From contig JBBTCT010000022.1 of the NCBI GenBank assembly GCA_038060895.1, positions 288,001-352,000 of the forward strand: DNA of 64,000 bases, written 5' to 3'. Origin of the DNA: Planctomycetota bacterium (GTDB lineage: Bacteria > Planctomycetota > MHYJ01 > WSZJ01). The position numbers and the translations under genes are program-made. The notes beneath the pieces are model-generated. The model worked only from the letters and a program-made list of their open reading frames with translations. It was not told where the DNA came from and did not search any database. The first letter of the stretch is position 1, and each line of letters opens with the position of its first letter. This document shows, piece by piece, positions 21,405 to 31,238 of the stretch.

Positions 21405-22040
21405 ATGGAACTGCGCGAGCGGATTGCGAAGATCGTCGGGGCGCTGAAGAAGGCGTACCCGGAGGCAAAGTGCAGCCTCGAGCACGAAGAACCGCTTCAG
21501 CTGCTCGTTGCGACGATCCTGTCGGCGCAATGCACGGATGAGCGGGTAAACAAGGTCACGCCGGCGCTGTTCCGCAAATTCCGCGACGCGCGGGCGTTCG
21601 CGGAATCGCCGCCCGGGGAGCTCGAGGGCGACATCCGGAGCACGGGGTTCTTCAACAACAAGGCGAAGTCGATTCGCGGCGCGTGCCGGCTGATCGTGGA
21701 GAAGCATGGCGGGAGGGTGCCGGAGACGATGGAAGAATTGCTGGAGTTGCCGGGGGTCGCGCGGAAGACGGCGAACGTCGTGCTGGGGAATGCATTCGGA
21801 AGGAACGAGGGTGTGGTGGTGGACACGCACGTCACGCGCTTGTCGCGACGGATGGGGCTGACGCGGCAGAAGACGCCGGAGAAGATTGAAGTGGCGCTGA
21901 TGAAGCTCGTGCCGCGCGAGGAGTGGGCGCTGTTCAGTCACCTGCTGATCCATCATGGGCGGGCGATTTGCGACGCGCGGAAACCGGAATGCGAAGAATG
22001 CGGAGTCGCAAAGTGGTGCCCGAGGGTGGGAGTGAAATGA
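21405..22040 (+). CDS. nth: Endonuclease III
   Basis: LLVATILSAQCTDERVN, LPGVARKTANVV, VVDTHV, C-x6-C-x2-C-x5-C 4Fe-4S motif. Confidence 0.96.
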   Translation: MELRERIAKIVGALKKAYPEAKCSLEHEEPLQLLVATILSAQCTDERVNKVTPALFRKFRDARAFAESPPGELEGDIRSTGFFNNKAKSIRGACRLIVEKHGGRVPETMEELLELPGVARKTANVVLGNAFGRNEGVVVDTHVTRLSRRMGLTRQKTPEKIEVALMKLVPREEWALFSHLLIHHGRAICDARKPECEECGVAKWCPRVGVK

Positions 22041-22816
22041 GGTACCTGGCAGGTATTGAGGAAGTGAAGTCGAGCGGCGTGTTGGTAATCGACGCGCGCC
22101 GCGTGCCGGCCTACGACGTAGGGCACATTCCCCGGGCGGTGAAGCTCGACATCTTCGAGCACCATTGGCCGGACACTTCGCCGCGCGGCGTGAAGGCGTT
22201 CGTGTGGCAGATGCAGGAGGTGATGCGGCGCGTGGGAGTCACGAACTCGAAGCGCGTCGTGGCGTACGACGACGAGTCGGGGATGTTCGCGGCTCGGCTT
22301 GCCTGGGTGCTGGACTGGCTGGGGCATCAGGACGTGGCGATGTTGGACGGAGGGATGACAGCGTGGGTCAGGTCGGGCGGGGAGATTTCGAAGGGTGAGG
22401 TCGTCCCGAAACGGAGCGCCTGGGTCGCGAGGCCGGACGCTTCGAAGATGATCACCGCGTCGGCGATCAGGCGCGGGCTGAAGCGACTGACGGTCGTGGA
22501 CACGAGGACGCCCGAGGAGCACTGCGGGGCGCATGTGAGGGCGGCGCGAGGCGGGACTATTCCTGGGGCGATACCGGTGCACTACGTCGACAATCTGCGC
22601 GGCGGGAAATTCAAGCCGGTGGCGGAACTGCGCGCAATGTACAAGGCGGCGGGCGTCACGCCGGATCAGGACATCGTGCCGCTGTGCAACGGCGGGTACC
22701 GGTCGGCGCACACGTATTTTGCGTTGAGGATGTGCGGGTATTCGAAGGTGCGGAACTACTACGCGGCCTGGCAGGAGTGGGGGAATCTGCCGGGGATGCC
22801 GGTGGCCAAGAAGTGA
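22037..22816 (+). CDS. Tandem-domain sulfurtransferase (rhodanese, SseA-like)
   Basis: IDAR..YDVGHIPRA, LDGG..W, GGTIPGA, active-site LCNGGYRS, NYYAAWQEW. Confidence 0.9.
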   Translation: MRYLAGIEEVKSSGVLVIDARRVPAYDVGHIPRAVKLDIFEHHWPDTSPRGVKAFVWQMQEVMRRVGVTNSKRVVAYDDESGMFAARLAWVLDWLGHQDVAMLDGGMTAWVRSGGEISKGEVVPKRSAWVARPDASKMITASAIRRGLKRLTVVDTRTPEEHCGAHVRAARGGTIPGAIPVHYVDNLRGGKFKPVAELRAMYKAAGVTPDQDIVPLCNGGYRSAHTYFALRMCGYSKVRNYYAAWQEWGNLPGMPVAKK

Positions 22817-22820
22817 GATA

Positions 22821-22859
22821 TTGACGGGCAGGGGAATGTTGACTAATATGGTCATGATT
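22821..22859 (+). promoter_or_regulatory. sigma70 promoter with overlapping Rrf2/IscR-like inverted repeat
   Basis: TTGACG-17bp-TAATAT; AATGTTGACTAATATGGTCATGATT (TGAC-N7-GTCA core) at 22835-22859. Confidence 0.55.
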
Positions 22860-22930
22860 CGAGCGGGGCTCTTCCCCCACTCAACTCGCTCGCTTAACCT
22901 GTCTTAAGACTCCTACCCGAGGACCGCTTC

Positions 22931-24160
22931 ATGCCCGCCGGCTGGAAAGATCTTGTCGACTCCGCCCGCAAAGTCGTCCCCGAAATCACGGTCGCTGACC
23001 TGGATGCGAAGCGGCGGCGCGGCGAGCACTTCGTCCTCATGGACGTGCGCGAGGACGAAGAGCGCAAAGGCGGGTATATCCCCGGCGCCATCCACGTCTC
23101 GCGCGGGATGCTGGAGTTCAAGGTGACACAGGTCGTGCCCGACCTCGCGACGCCCGTCGTCGCCTACGACGCGGGCGGAAACCGTTCGCTGCTCGCAGGA
23201 AAAGTCCTGAAAGATCTCGGATACTCCTCCGTCGCCTCGCTTCAGGGCGGCTTCGGCGCGTACAAGGCCTCCGGCGCAAAGACCGCGAAGGAGCGCACCT
23301 GGACCGCGCAGCAACTCGAGCGCTACAGCCGGCACTTCATGCTCAAGGAAGTCGGCAAGGAAGGCCAGGCGCGGCTGCTGGATGCGAAGGTGCTGTGCCT
23401 CGGCGCGGGAGGGCTGGGATCGCCGATCGCGCTTTACCTCGCGGCGGCGGGAGTCGGGACGCTGGGGGTGGTCGACAGCGACGTGGTGGACCTCTCGAAC
23501 CTCCAGCGGCAGGTGCTTCACACGACCGACCGCATCGGCGTTTCGAAAGTCGAGAGCGCGGCGAAGACGATCAACGCGCTGAATCCCGACGTGAAGGTCG
23601 TGCCGCACGCGTACCGGCTGACGCCGGACAACGTGATGCAGGTCATGAAGGACTACGACCTGGTGGTGGACGGCGCCGACAACTTCGACACGCGCTACAT
23701 GCTCAACGACGCGGCTTTCTTCCTGAAGAAGCCGATTGTCCACGGGTCGATCTTCCAGTTCGAAGGGCAGGTCACGACGATCGCCCCGCACCTGGGCGGC
23801 CCCTGCTACCGCTGCATGTATCCCGAGCGCCCGCCGGCGGAATTCGCGCCCGGCTGAAACGAAGCCGGCGTCCTGGGCGTGCTCCCGGGAATCGTGGGAC
23901 TGGTGCAGGCGACCGAGGCCGTGAAGCTGCTCCTCAATATCGGGGAGCCTCTCATCGGGCGGCTGCTCATGTACGACTCGCTCGCCATGAAGTTCCGCGA
24001 GTTCAAGAGCCCGAGGGATCCCGGCTGCGCGCTCTGCGGGGCGAAGCCGACGATCCTGGAGCTGGAAAAGGCCCACGCGGAGGGCGGCGCGTGCGCGTTG
24101 CCGGCGGCGCGCGAGTTGCCGCATGCTCCGGCGGCGGCGCCGGTCGCTCAGCGCCGCTAG
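22931..24160 (+). CDS. moeB: Rhodanese-MoeB/ThiF adenylyltransferase, probable selenoprotein (in-frame UGA 23855-23857)
   Basis: RYSRH, GAGGLG, DVVDLSNLQRQ, DGADNF, CYRC; APG*NEAGVLGVLPG matches the P-x-C-x-E-x-G-V-L-G motif; frame continues to C-terminal CALC; hairpin downstream of UGA. Confidence 0.85.
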
Positions 24161-24166
24161 ACGGCG

Positions 24167-24742
24167 CTACTTTGTCGTCCGCGAGGGCGCCGACTTCGGC
24201 GGAGCGGCGCTCCCGGCACGCACGAACTTCCCCAGCCCCGCAATCATGGCGACGACGATCGCCGCGGCGAGGATTGCGGCCACGAACAACACCCCCCGGT
24301 TCATCGGAGGCTCCGCTTCGGGTCCGGCCGCGGGTTCGGACGCGGGGCGCCGGGGCGTCGGCTTCGGCGTCGCCCCACGCATCGCCGGCGCAGCCGTTGG
24401 CCGGTCCGCCTCCGCAGGAGCCATCACGGTCCCTTCCCGGTCCGTCGGCAATCCCGGCACCGTGGTCGGGCGCTGCGCATCTCCATCCGCAAGCATGGCC
24501 AGCGAGCCGATAAAAGTCGCTGACTGACCCGCGCCTGCGGGCGTGGCCGCGGGGCGCACGATCGCCGCGGCGGCTTCGACGTGCGCCATTTCCGCGTCGT
24601 CCAGCCAACCGCGCTCGCGAATGATGTCAAGAAGCGGCTTTCCGGTCATGCGCGACGCTTCACGCGCCTGCCTCACCTGCTCGGGCGAGAGAAGATCATC
24701 GCGGCGGACGAGGGAAATGAGCTGGTCGTCGGAGAGGGGCAT
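24167..24742 (-). CDS. Hypothetical membrane protein (helical N-terminal domain, Pro/Ala linker, C-terminal TM)
   Basis: LVRRDDLLSPEQVRQA..PLLDIIRERGWL resembles GspE-N/kinase N-terminal helical module. Confidence 0.65.
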   Translation of the reverse strand: MPLSDDQLISLVRRDDLLSPEQVRQAREASRMTGKPLLDIIRERGWLDDAEMAHVEAAAAIVRPAATPAGAGQSATFIGSLAMLADGDAQRPTTVPGLPTDREGTVMAPAEADRPTAAPAMRGATPKPTPRRPASEPAAGPEAEPPMNRGVLFVAAILAAAIVVAMIAGLGKFVRAGSAAPPKSAPSRTTK

Positions 24743-24864
24743 GCGGTCACGACTCTAGCCGCGATTGGCCGCGGATTCACTATGCTGAAGAAATGCCCCG
24801 GGATTTCCCAGCGGGCGACCCTGGCTCCGCCGTGCGCGGCCGCCGCCGGACAGAAGCGGCCGGC

Positions 24865-25440
24865 TCAAGGCTTGAAGTACGCCGGCTCATTCTTCGGCTT
24901 CCACTTGATGTTGCAGCCCATGCTCGGCTTCTGCTCCTGCACCGGGCGGCCGGCGATCGCCGCTTCCAGCGCAGTGCGCAGGTCCGCGCCGGTCACGGGC
25001 TTCTCCGTCCCCGGGCGGCTGTCGTCCATCTGCCCGCGATAGACGAGCTTTTTTGCACCGTCGAACACGAAGAAGTCCGGCGTGCACGCCGCGCCGTAGG
25101 ATTTTGCCACATCCTGCGATTCGTCGAAGAGATACGGAAATACATATCCCGCATCCTGGGACTCCTCGAGCATCCGCTCCGGCGCGTCGTCCGGATGCGT
25201 GACCGTGTCGTTCGAGTTGATTCCGAAAACGGAGATGCCCTTCGCCGCGTATTCCCTCGTCAGCGCCGCGAACGGGTCGCGGATGTGCTTCACAAACGGG
25301 CAGTGATTGCAGATGAACGCCACCAGCACGGGTCCCTTCGCGTCCGCCAGCGCAAACTGCCTCCCGCGGCCGTCGGGGAGGCGGAACGGAGGTGCGGAAG
25401 CGCCGATTTCGAGCTTCATCGTGGACATCGTGCGGACCAT
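24865..25440 (-). CDS. Thioredoxin-fold AhpC/TSA family protein
   Basis: FICNHCPFVKH, INSND..HPDD, YGAACTPDFF, YRGQMDD, SMGCNIKW. Confidence 0.92.
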   Translation of the reverse strand: MVRTMSTMKLEIGASAPPFRLPDGRGRQFALADAKGPVLVAFICNHCPFVKHIRDPFAALTREYAAKGISVFGINSNDTVTHPDDAPERMLEESQDAGYVFPYLFDESQDVAKSYGAACTPDFFVFDGAKKLVYRGQMDDSRPGTEKPVTGADLRTALEAAIAGRPVQEQKPSMGCNIKWKPKNEPAYFKP

Positions 25441-25513
25441 GGACGGACTCCGTGGGCAGGAGAGGGGACCACGATAGACTGATGGGGGAAGAGCAACAAG
25501 GAAGGGGGGAAAC

Positions 25514-25963
25514 GTGTCCGACAGCTGGATCTTCCTGATCCCGGCGGATCCACAGGTTCTTCCGGAAAAGCACGCTGCCTGTCGGGCTGAGGAATTGCTT
25601 AACCAGATTGTTAAGCATCACGACGGGGTTGAGACCCGGTACTTCGCAGAAATGGAATTCTTCGATGCCGGAGCGAACTTCGAGACCGCCGCGTGCCCTC
25701 TTTGCCGCACGCCCATTGAGGACGACTGGCTCGCGGAGGCGGTTCATAAGGCCATCTGGCCCCGGTGTCAGTCACTTCAGGTCTTGCTTCCGTGCTGCGG
25801 GCAATCCGCGTCCCTGAATGATCTCGAGTACGACTTTCCGCAAGGCTTCGGCAAGTTCTCCCTTTCGGTAATGAACCCGGATTGCGAACTGTCGCGCGAT
25901 GAAATTGCATCGCTGGCCCGGGCACTGCGGGTCGCGGTTCGGATCATTCGTCGCCACCTGTGA
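25514..25963 (+). CDS. Hypothetical Zn-binding protein
   Basis: CPLC and PCC motifs; SD upstream; lower GC than neighbours. Confidence 0.7.
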   Translation: MSDSWIFLIPADPQVLPEKHAACRAEELLNQIVKHHDGVETRYFAEMEFFDAGANFETAACPLCRTPIEDDWLAEAVHKAIWPRCQSLQVLLPCCGQSASLNDLEYDFPQGFGKFSLSVMNPDCELSRDEIASLARALRVAVRIIRRHL

Positions 25964-26000
25964 GCTTGGCCCCTCCTCCTCCGCGTTCTATCCTCTTCCC

Positions 26001-27029
26001 GTGAACGCCACGGAGCTGAAGTCGGAGGCCGCGCGGCTCGGATTCGAGCGCTGCGGCATTGCGCGGGCGCAGCGGCTCGCGGACGGCGAGAACCTGCGGG
26101 CATTTCTCGGGGAAGGGCGGCAGGGGACGATGGAGTGGCTGGCCGCGGACGCGGAGAGGCGGGCGGACGTGACGGTCGGGTTTCCGTGGGCTCGAAGCGT
26201 GGTTGTGGCGGCGCTCTCGTACAAGCCTGCGACGGAGGAAGCGCAACCGGCCGGCACCGGCCGCGTCGCCCGCTACGCGCGGGGCGACGACTATCACAAG
26301 GTGCTTCGGAAAAAGCTGCGCGTGCTCAGGGACGCGCTCGTGGCCTCTTCCCCCGGCTCGCACGCAGTGGCCGTGGTCGACACGTCGGCGATCATGGAAA
26401 AGCCCTGGGCTCGCGAAGCCGGCGTCGCGTGGATCGGGAAGCACACCAACGCCCTGGATCCGGGGCTTGGTTCGTATTTTTCACTGGGTGTCGTCCTGAC
26501 GAGCCTCGAGCTCGAGCCCGACGCGCCCGCCCCGGACCATTGCGGGTCTTGTACGCGCTGTCTCGAGGCGTGCCCGACGCAGGCCCTGACCGCGCCTTAC
26601 CAGATCGATGCGACCCGGTGCATCTCGTACCTGACGATCGAGCACGCGGGGCCGGTGGATCCTGCGCTTCGCAAGGGAATAGGCGACTGGGTGTTCGGCT
26701 GCGACCTGTGCCAGGAGGCGTGTCCCTGGAACCGTGAAGCGCCGGCGACGCGCGAGCCCGGGTTTGCGGCGCGGCCCTCGCTCGCGGCGCCACTGCTGGC
26801 GGACTGGCTGCGAATGACGGAGGCCGCGTGGACGACGCTGACCCGCGGCACTGCTCTCCGGCGCTCGAAACGGTCGATGCTCCGCCGGAACGCCGCGATC
26901 GCCATCGGAAATTCCGGCGACCCCGGCGCCGCGGCTCTGCTCGAGGAGGCCGCCGCCGATGCCGATCCGGTCGTTGCCGGTGCGGCGAGGGACGCCGCGA
27001 ATTCGCTGAAGGCCAGACCCCGCCCGTGA
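26001..27029 (+). CDS. queG: Epoxyqueuosine reductase
   Basis: ARYARGDDYH, VDT..IMEK, CGSCTRCLEACPT, RCISYLTIE, FGCDLCQEACPWN, RNAAIAIGN. Confidence 0.94.
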   Translation: MNATELKSEAARLGFERCGIARAQRLADGENLRAFLGEGRQGTMEWLAADAERRADVTVGFPWARSVVVAALSYKPATEEAQPAGTGRVARYARGDDYHKVLRKKLRVLRDALVASSPGSHAVAVVDTSAIMEKPWAREAGVAWIGKHTNALDPGLGSYFSLGVVLTSLELEPDAPAPDHCGSCTRCLEACPTQALTAPYQIDATRCISYLTIEHAGPVDPALRKGIGDWVFGCDLCQEACPWNREAPATREPGFAARPSLAAPLLADWLRMTEAAWTTLTRGTALRRSKRSMLRRNAAIAIGNSGDPGAAALLEEAAADADPVVAGAARDAANSLKARPRP

Positions 27030-27057
27030 CGATTCCGTATTACCGGAGAACCTGCTC

Positions 27058-27651
27058 ATGAAACCCTGGATCCCCACCGCCGCTTCGTTCGTGCTCCTGC
27101 TGGCCGCCTGCGTCAATCCGCCCGACCCCGACGCCGGCAGGACAGACCCGGCCCTCGCCTCGCCCGGGAAACTCGCGGGCGTGTCGAACTTCGCGAAGAT
27201 CTCAGCCGGCGTCTGGCGCGGCGCGCAGCCGACGGCCGAAGGCATGATCACTCTCAAGTCCATGGGCGTGAAGACGATCGTGAATCTACGGTCGCTTCAC
27301 ACGGACCGCGACGAGCTTCGCGGCCTCGGCCTCGACTACGCGCACCTGCCGAGCACGGCGCTCGTCCCCGACGAAGAGGTCGTCGTGCAGTTCCTCAAAA
27401 TCGCGACCGACCCGGCGCGGCGCCCGGTTTTCGTGCACTGCCAGCATGGAAGCGACCGCACCGGCGTGGTGATCGCCGCGTATCGAGTGGCCGTGCAGGG
27501 CTGGAGCATGGAGAAGGCGCGGCGCGAGCTGCCGATCTTTGATTTTCACGAGGTCTTCGTGCCCCTCGAGCGCTACCTGGACTCGTTCAACGCGGACCGG
27601 GTGCTGCAGAAGATGGAAACGGCTAAGGTCGAAGTCGTCAACGTCCCCTGA
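27058..27651 (+). CDS. Cys-dependent (tyrosine/dual-specificity) phosphatase lipoprotein
   Basis: LAAC lipobox; RGAQP; VFVHCQHGSDRTG CX5R motif. Confidence 0.9.
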   Translation: MKPWIPTAASFVLLLAACVNPPDPDAGRTDPALASPGKLAGVSNFAKISAGVWRGAQPTAEGMITLKSMGVKTIVNLRSLHTDRDELRGLGLDYAHLPSTALVPDEEVVVQFLKIATDPARRPVFVHCQHGSDRTGVVIAAYRVAVQGWSMEKARRELPIFDFHEVFVPLERYLDSFNADRVLQKMETAKVEVVNVP

Positions 27652-27679
27652 GCCCTTCGACTCGCTTCGCTCGCTCAGG
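27647..27679. repeat. REP-like element (TTCGACTCGCTTCGCTCGC core), copy 1
   Basis: 19-bp core at 27656-27674 identical to the inverted copy at 62035-62053; enclosed by CCTGAGC/GCTCAGG stem. Confidence 0.6.
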
Positions 27680-27693
27680 ATGGTCGGGCAATG

Positions 27694-27725
27694 AAAAAGC
27701 CCCGGCTTTCGGCCGGGGCTTTGTT
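27694..27725. terminator. Bidirectional intrinsic terminator
   Basis: AAAAAGCCCCGGC-TTTCG-GCCGGGGCTTTGTT between convergent genes. Confidence 0.85.
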
Positions 27726-27741
27726 CACTTGCGACTCCCGC

Positions 27742-28341
27742 TTACACGCGCTTCCCGATCTCGTCCCAGTTCGCCACGCTCCACCACGCATCGACGTAGT
27801 CGGGGCGGCGGTTCTGGTACCGGAGGTAGTACGCGTGTTCCCACACGTCAACGCCGAACACCGGGTGCTTGCCGTCCATGAGCGGGTTGTCCTGGTTCGG
27901 CGTCGAAACGATTTCGTACTTCCCGTCGGCCGTCCGCGCCAGCCACGCCCAGCCGCTCCCGAACCGGCCCGTGCACGCTTCCTTGAACTTCGTCTTGAAC
28001 GTCGCGAAATCCGTCCAGCCGCTCTTGATCACGTCCGCCAGCTTGCCCTTCGGCTCGCCGCCCTTGCCCGGGCCCATCCAGGTCCAGAACATCGAGTGGT
28101 TCCAGTGCCCGCCGCCGTTGTTGCGCACCGCCCCGCGCACGCCTTCCGGCACCTTGGCGATGTTCCGGCACACGTCCTCCAGCGACCAGCCCGCCACGTC
28201 CGCCGCGCCCTCGAGGGCCTTGTTCAGGTTCGTGACGTAGGCGTTGTGGTGTTTGCCGTGGTGGATCTCCATCGTCATCTTGTCGATCGCCGCTTCCAGC
28301 GCGTCCGGCGCGTACGGCAGCTTGGGAAGTTCGTGGGCCAT
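27742..28341 (-). CDS. sodA: Superoxide dismutase (Mn-type signature)
   Basis: [45 protein letters not shown]; GGAG SD. Confidence 0.93.
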   Translation of the reverse strand: MAHELPKLPYAPDALEAAIDKMTMEIHHGKHHNAYVTNLNKALEGAADVAGWSLEDVCRNIAKVPEGVRGAVRNNGGGHWNHSMFWTWMGPGKGGEPKGKLADVIKSGWTDFATFKTKFKEACTGRFGSGWAWLARTADGKYEIVSTPNQDNPLMDGKHPVFGVDVWEHAYYLRYQNRRPDYVDAWWSVANWDEIGKRV

Positions 28342-28467
28342 GGTTTCCTCCGTGAGTTCGTGATCAGGCGCCGCAGGCTGCGGCGTCGGGGCGGCGAATG
28401 TCGCGCGGGGGGGAAGAGGTGTCAAGGCATTCGCAAAGGAAGAGCTTTGCAATCCCACGGCAGCCTT

Positions 28468-29157
28468 TTACCCCTTGAGGTGCGATGGCAGGTCGGAGAT
28501 CTCGCGGACGCGGCGGCACTTTCGCTCGGAGTGGAGCCCCGCGGGGTCCATGAGCACCGCGTCCATTCCCGCTCCGCGGGCGCCGACGACGTCGATGTGG
28601 AACATGTCGCCCACGTAGAGCGAACGCTCGGCAGCAGCGCCCGATCGCTCGATTGCCATGTCGAAGATGCGGCGGTGCGGCTTTTCAACGCCGACCACGT
28701 GGGAATCGATGACGTAATCGAGATGTTTCGTCAGGCCCAGCTTCGTGAGCATGCCCTCGACGCTTCCGTCGGAGTTGGAGATCACCGCGAGGCGGTAGCC
28801 CAGGTCCTTGAGCTGAGTCAGCGTCTCGGCCACGGCGCGCCCGGGGCGGGACCAGAGCGTAAAGGTCTGGTTGACGGCGAAGAGGGCGCGGACGGCGTCC
28901 TGGACGCGGGCGCGGTCCTGCCAGCCGGCGGCAGAGAGGACGGTCCAGAAGTAGGTCAGCCAGCGCGTGCGATCTTCCGCCATGTCGAGCCTCGCCCAGT
29001 CGACGTGCAGGCGGGCGTGGGGCTCGGCTTGCTCCATGGCGCCGGGGTCGCCGTGAAAGGAGAACTCTTTCGCGAGGATGTCCGCGACGCGGTGGAAGTC
29101 GAGGTGGACGAGGGTGTTGCCGGCGTCGAGGAAGCTGTGGTTGGGGGCTGGTGGCAT
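28468..29157 (-). CDS. HAD-superfamily hydrolase (subfamily IA)
   Basis: LDAGNTL, VISN, GVEKP, YVGDMFHIDVVGA. Confidence 0.9.
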   Translation of the reverse strand: MPPAPNHSFLDAGNTLVHLDFHRVADILAKEFSFHGDPGAMEQAEPHARLHVDWARLDMAEDRTRWLTYFWTVLSAAGWQDRARVQDAVRALFAVNQTFTLWSRPGRAVAETLTQLKDLGYRLAVISNSDGSVEGMLTKLGLTKHLDYVIDSHVVGVEKPHRRIFDMAIERSGAAAERSLYVGDMFHIDVVGARGAGMDAVLMDPAGLHSERKCRRVREISDLPSHLKG

Positions 29158-29180
29158 GGGGGCGGCTTTCGTGGACGGCA

Positions 29181-29218
29181 AATCCCAACTCCAACCCCAA
29201 CTCCAATTCCCAACCACA
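29181..29218. repeat. Degenerate hexamer tandem repeat (CCAACT/CCAACC)
   Basis: aatcccaactccaaccccaactccaattcccaacc. Confidence 0.6.
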
Positions 29219-29241
29219 ATGCGGCGGGAGAGAGTCGGGGC

Positions 29242-30258
29242 CTACACTTCAAAAGGGTGGGGCGCGTTCTCCTCCGTGGTTCCGGCGGACGGCGGGGGAG
29301 AGGAAGGGCGGGCCTTGCGTCCCATCACCTTGCGCGCAGCCGCGACGATGTGCTTCCACGTCAGGCCGTACTTTTCGAGGAGCTGGTTCGGCGTGCCGCT
29401 CTCGGCGTACGTGTCGTCCACCGCGACCTGCTCGATCGGTGCCGGCGTCGTTGCGGCGAGGCACTGTGCGACCACGCTGCCCAGCCCGCCGAACTTCGAG
29501 TGCTCCTCGGCGACGACCAGCGCGCCGGTTTCCTTCGCGGCCCGCTCGATTGCTTCGCTGTCGAGCGGCTTCACGCAGTAGCTGTCGATGACCCGCGCGG
29601 TGATCCCGTCGTCCTTCAGCGCGTCGTGCGCCTTCAGCGCTTCCGCCACCATCAGGCCGTTGGCCACGATCGTCAGATCCTTGCCGTCCTCGAGCTGACT
29701 TGACTTGCCGAAAGGAAACTCGCCGCCGGTGTAGATGACGGGCACCTTCGGCCGGCCGGTGCGGATGTAGACGGGGCCCTTGTGGTCCGCCGCGCGCTTC
29801 ACAAGCTCCTTCGCCTGTACCGCATCACTCGGGACGCAGACGACGAAACCGGGAAGAGTGACCGCGAGCGCGACGTCCTCGATCGACTGCTGGCTCGGGC
29901 CGTCCTCGCCGATCGAGATGCCGCCGTGGCTGGAAACGACCTTCACGTTCTCCTGCGGATACGCCACCGCGATGCGCAGCTGGTCGTATCCCTTGTCGAT
30001 CAGGAAGCAGGCGAAGCTCGAACAGAACGGGATCTTGCCGCTGTGCGCGAGGCCGCCCGCGATGCCGACCATGTTGGCCTCGGCGATGCCGACGTTGAAG
30101 AAGCGGTCCGGGAATTCCTTCCCGAACTTCGTCGTGTACGTGCTCTTGGAGAGGTCGGCGTCGACGACGACGACGTTCGGGTTCGACTTGCCGAGCTCGA
30201 CCAGCGCCGCACCGTAGGCTTCGCGGGTGGCCGGGCCCATCGGGAGTTCGCGCACCAT
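29242..30258 (-). CDS. Transketolase, C-terminal (pyrimidine-binding) subunit
   Basis: ATREAYG, DADLSKST, VGIAEANM, GEDGPSQQ, EEHSKFGGLG. Confidence 0.93.
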   Translation of the reverse strand: MVRELPMGPATREAYGAALVELGKSNPNVVVVDADLSKSTYTTKFGKEFPDRFFNVGIAEANMVGIAGGLAHSGKIPFCSSFACFLIDKGYDQLRIAVAYPQENVKVVSSHGGISIGEDGPSQQSIEDVALAVTLPGFVVCVPSDAVQAKELVKRAADHKGPVYIRTGRPKVPVIYTGGEFPFGKSSQLEDGKDLTIVANGLMVAEALKAHDALKDDGITARVIDSYCVKPLDSEAIERAAKETGALVVAEEHSKFGGLGSVVAQCLAATTPAPIEQVAVDDTYAESGTPNQLLEKYGLTWKHIVAAARKVMGRKARPSSPPPSAGTTEENAPHPFEV

Positions 30259-30261
30259 GTT

Positions 30262-31080
30262 TTAAGCTCCAATTTCCGCAAGGGCCTTCGCGCACTCCTC
30301 TTTCGTCGGCGCCACGCCGTGCCACTTCGGGTCGTTCTCCATGAACGACACGCCCTTCCCCGTGATCGTGTGCGCCACGAGGCACGTCGGCCGGCCCTTC
30401 ACCTTCTTCGATTCCTCGAGCGACTCGACGACGAGCTGCATGTTGTGCCCGTCGATCTCCATCACGTTCCAGCCGAACGAGGAGAACTTCCCGCCAAGCG
30501 GGTCCATCGGCAGGATGTGCTTCACCATGTCGTCGAGCTGCTTCTTGTTGTAGTCCACGATCAGCGTCAGGTTGTCGAGCCCGTGCGCGCCGGCGTACAT
30601 CGCCGCTTCCCAGATCTGCCCCTCCTGGCACTCGCCGTCGCCCACCACCACCCACACGCGCGCGTCGGTCTTGTCGAGCTTGAGCGCGTGCGCGATGCCG
30701 ATGCCGATCGAGAGGCCGTTGCCGAGTGAGCCGGTGGAGGCTTCGAGGGCCGGCATGAAGCGGCGGTCGGGGTGGCCCTGGAGAGGCGAGCCGAGCTTGC
30801 GGAGCGTCGGGAGAATCGCGGCGTCGAAGTAACCGGCGTGCGCCATGCACGAATAGAGCGCGGGGCAGCCGTGGCCCTTGGAGAGGATAAAGCGGTCGCG
30901 CGCCGCCCACTGGGGATTCTTCGGGTCGTGGCGCATGACGCGGAACCACAGCGCCACCAGCAGGTCCGTTTCCGAGAGCGACCCGCCCGGGTGGCCCGAA
31001 CCGGCGGCGGTGATCATCTCGATGGAATCGCGGCGGACCTGCACCGCTTTCACCTTCAGTTCGTCGACTGTTAGGGGCAT
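30262..31080 (-). CDS. Transketolase, N-terminal (ThDP-binding) subunit
   Basis: SGHPGGSLS, DRFILSKGH, STGSLG, GDGECQEG. Confidence 0.94.
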   Translation of the reverse strand: MPLTVDELKVKAVQVRRDSIEMITAAGSGHPGGSLSETDLLVALWFRVMRHDPKNPQWAARDRFILSKGHGCPALYSCMAHAGYFDAAILPTLRKLGSPLQGHPDRRFMPALEASTGSLGNGLSIGIGIAHALKLDKTDARVWVVVGDGECQEGQIWEAAMYAGAHGLDNLTLIVDYNKKQLDDMVKHILPMDPLGGKFSSFGWNVMEIDGHNMQLVVESLEESKKVKGRPTCLVAHTITGKGVSFMENDPKWHGVAPTKEECAKALAEIGA

Positions 31081-31238
31081 GTCAGGCCTCTGGAAGGGTG
31101 TTTTTGGTGGGCCGGGAAGCGGCGCATTGTAGCGGCGGGAGAAACGCGGGCAAGCGAAAGCGGGTCTCCGGGGCGATATGATTGAACTTCCGGGGTTCGG
31201 GTACGTCCAAACCGTCGCCTCCAGCTGAGAGAAAAACG

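Noticed and set aside
21246-21956. N-terminal extension of the 617-aa ORF 20103-21956
   Set aside because: Antisense to nth; recognisable baeRF sequence starts at MLNPAQ (21245)
22931-24160. moeB as a pseudogene or two separate ORFs (22931-23857, 23879-24160)
   Set aside because: The single stop is TGA exactly at a conserved Cys, the frame is maintained and a SECIS-like hairpin follows; recoding is more parsimonious
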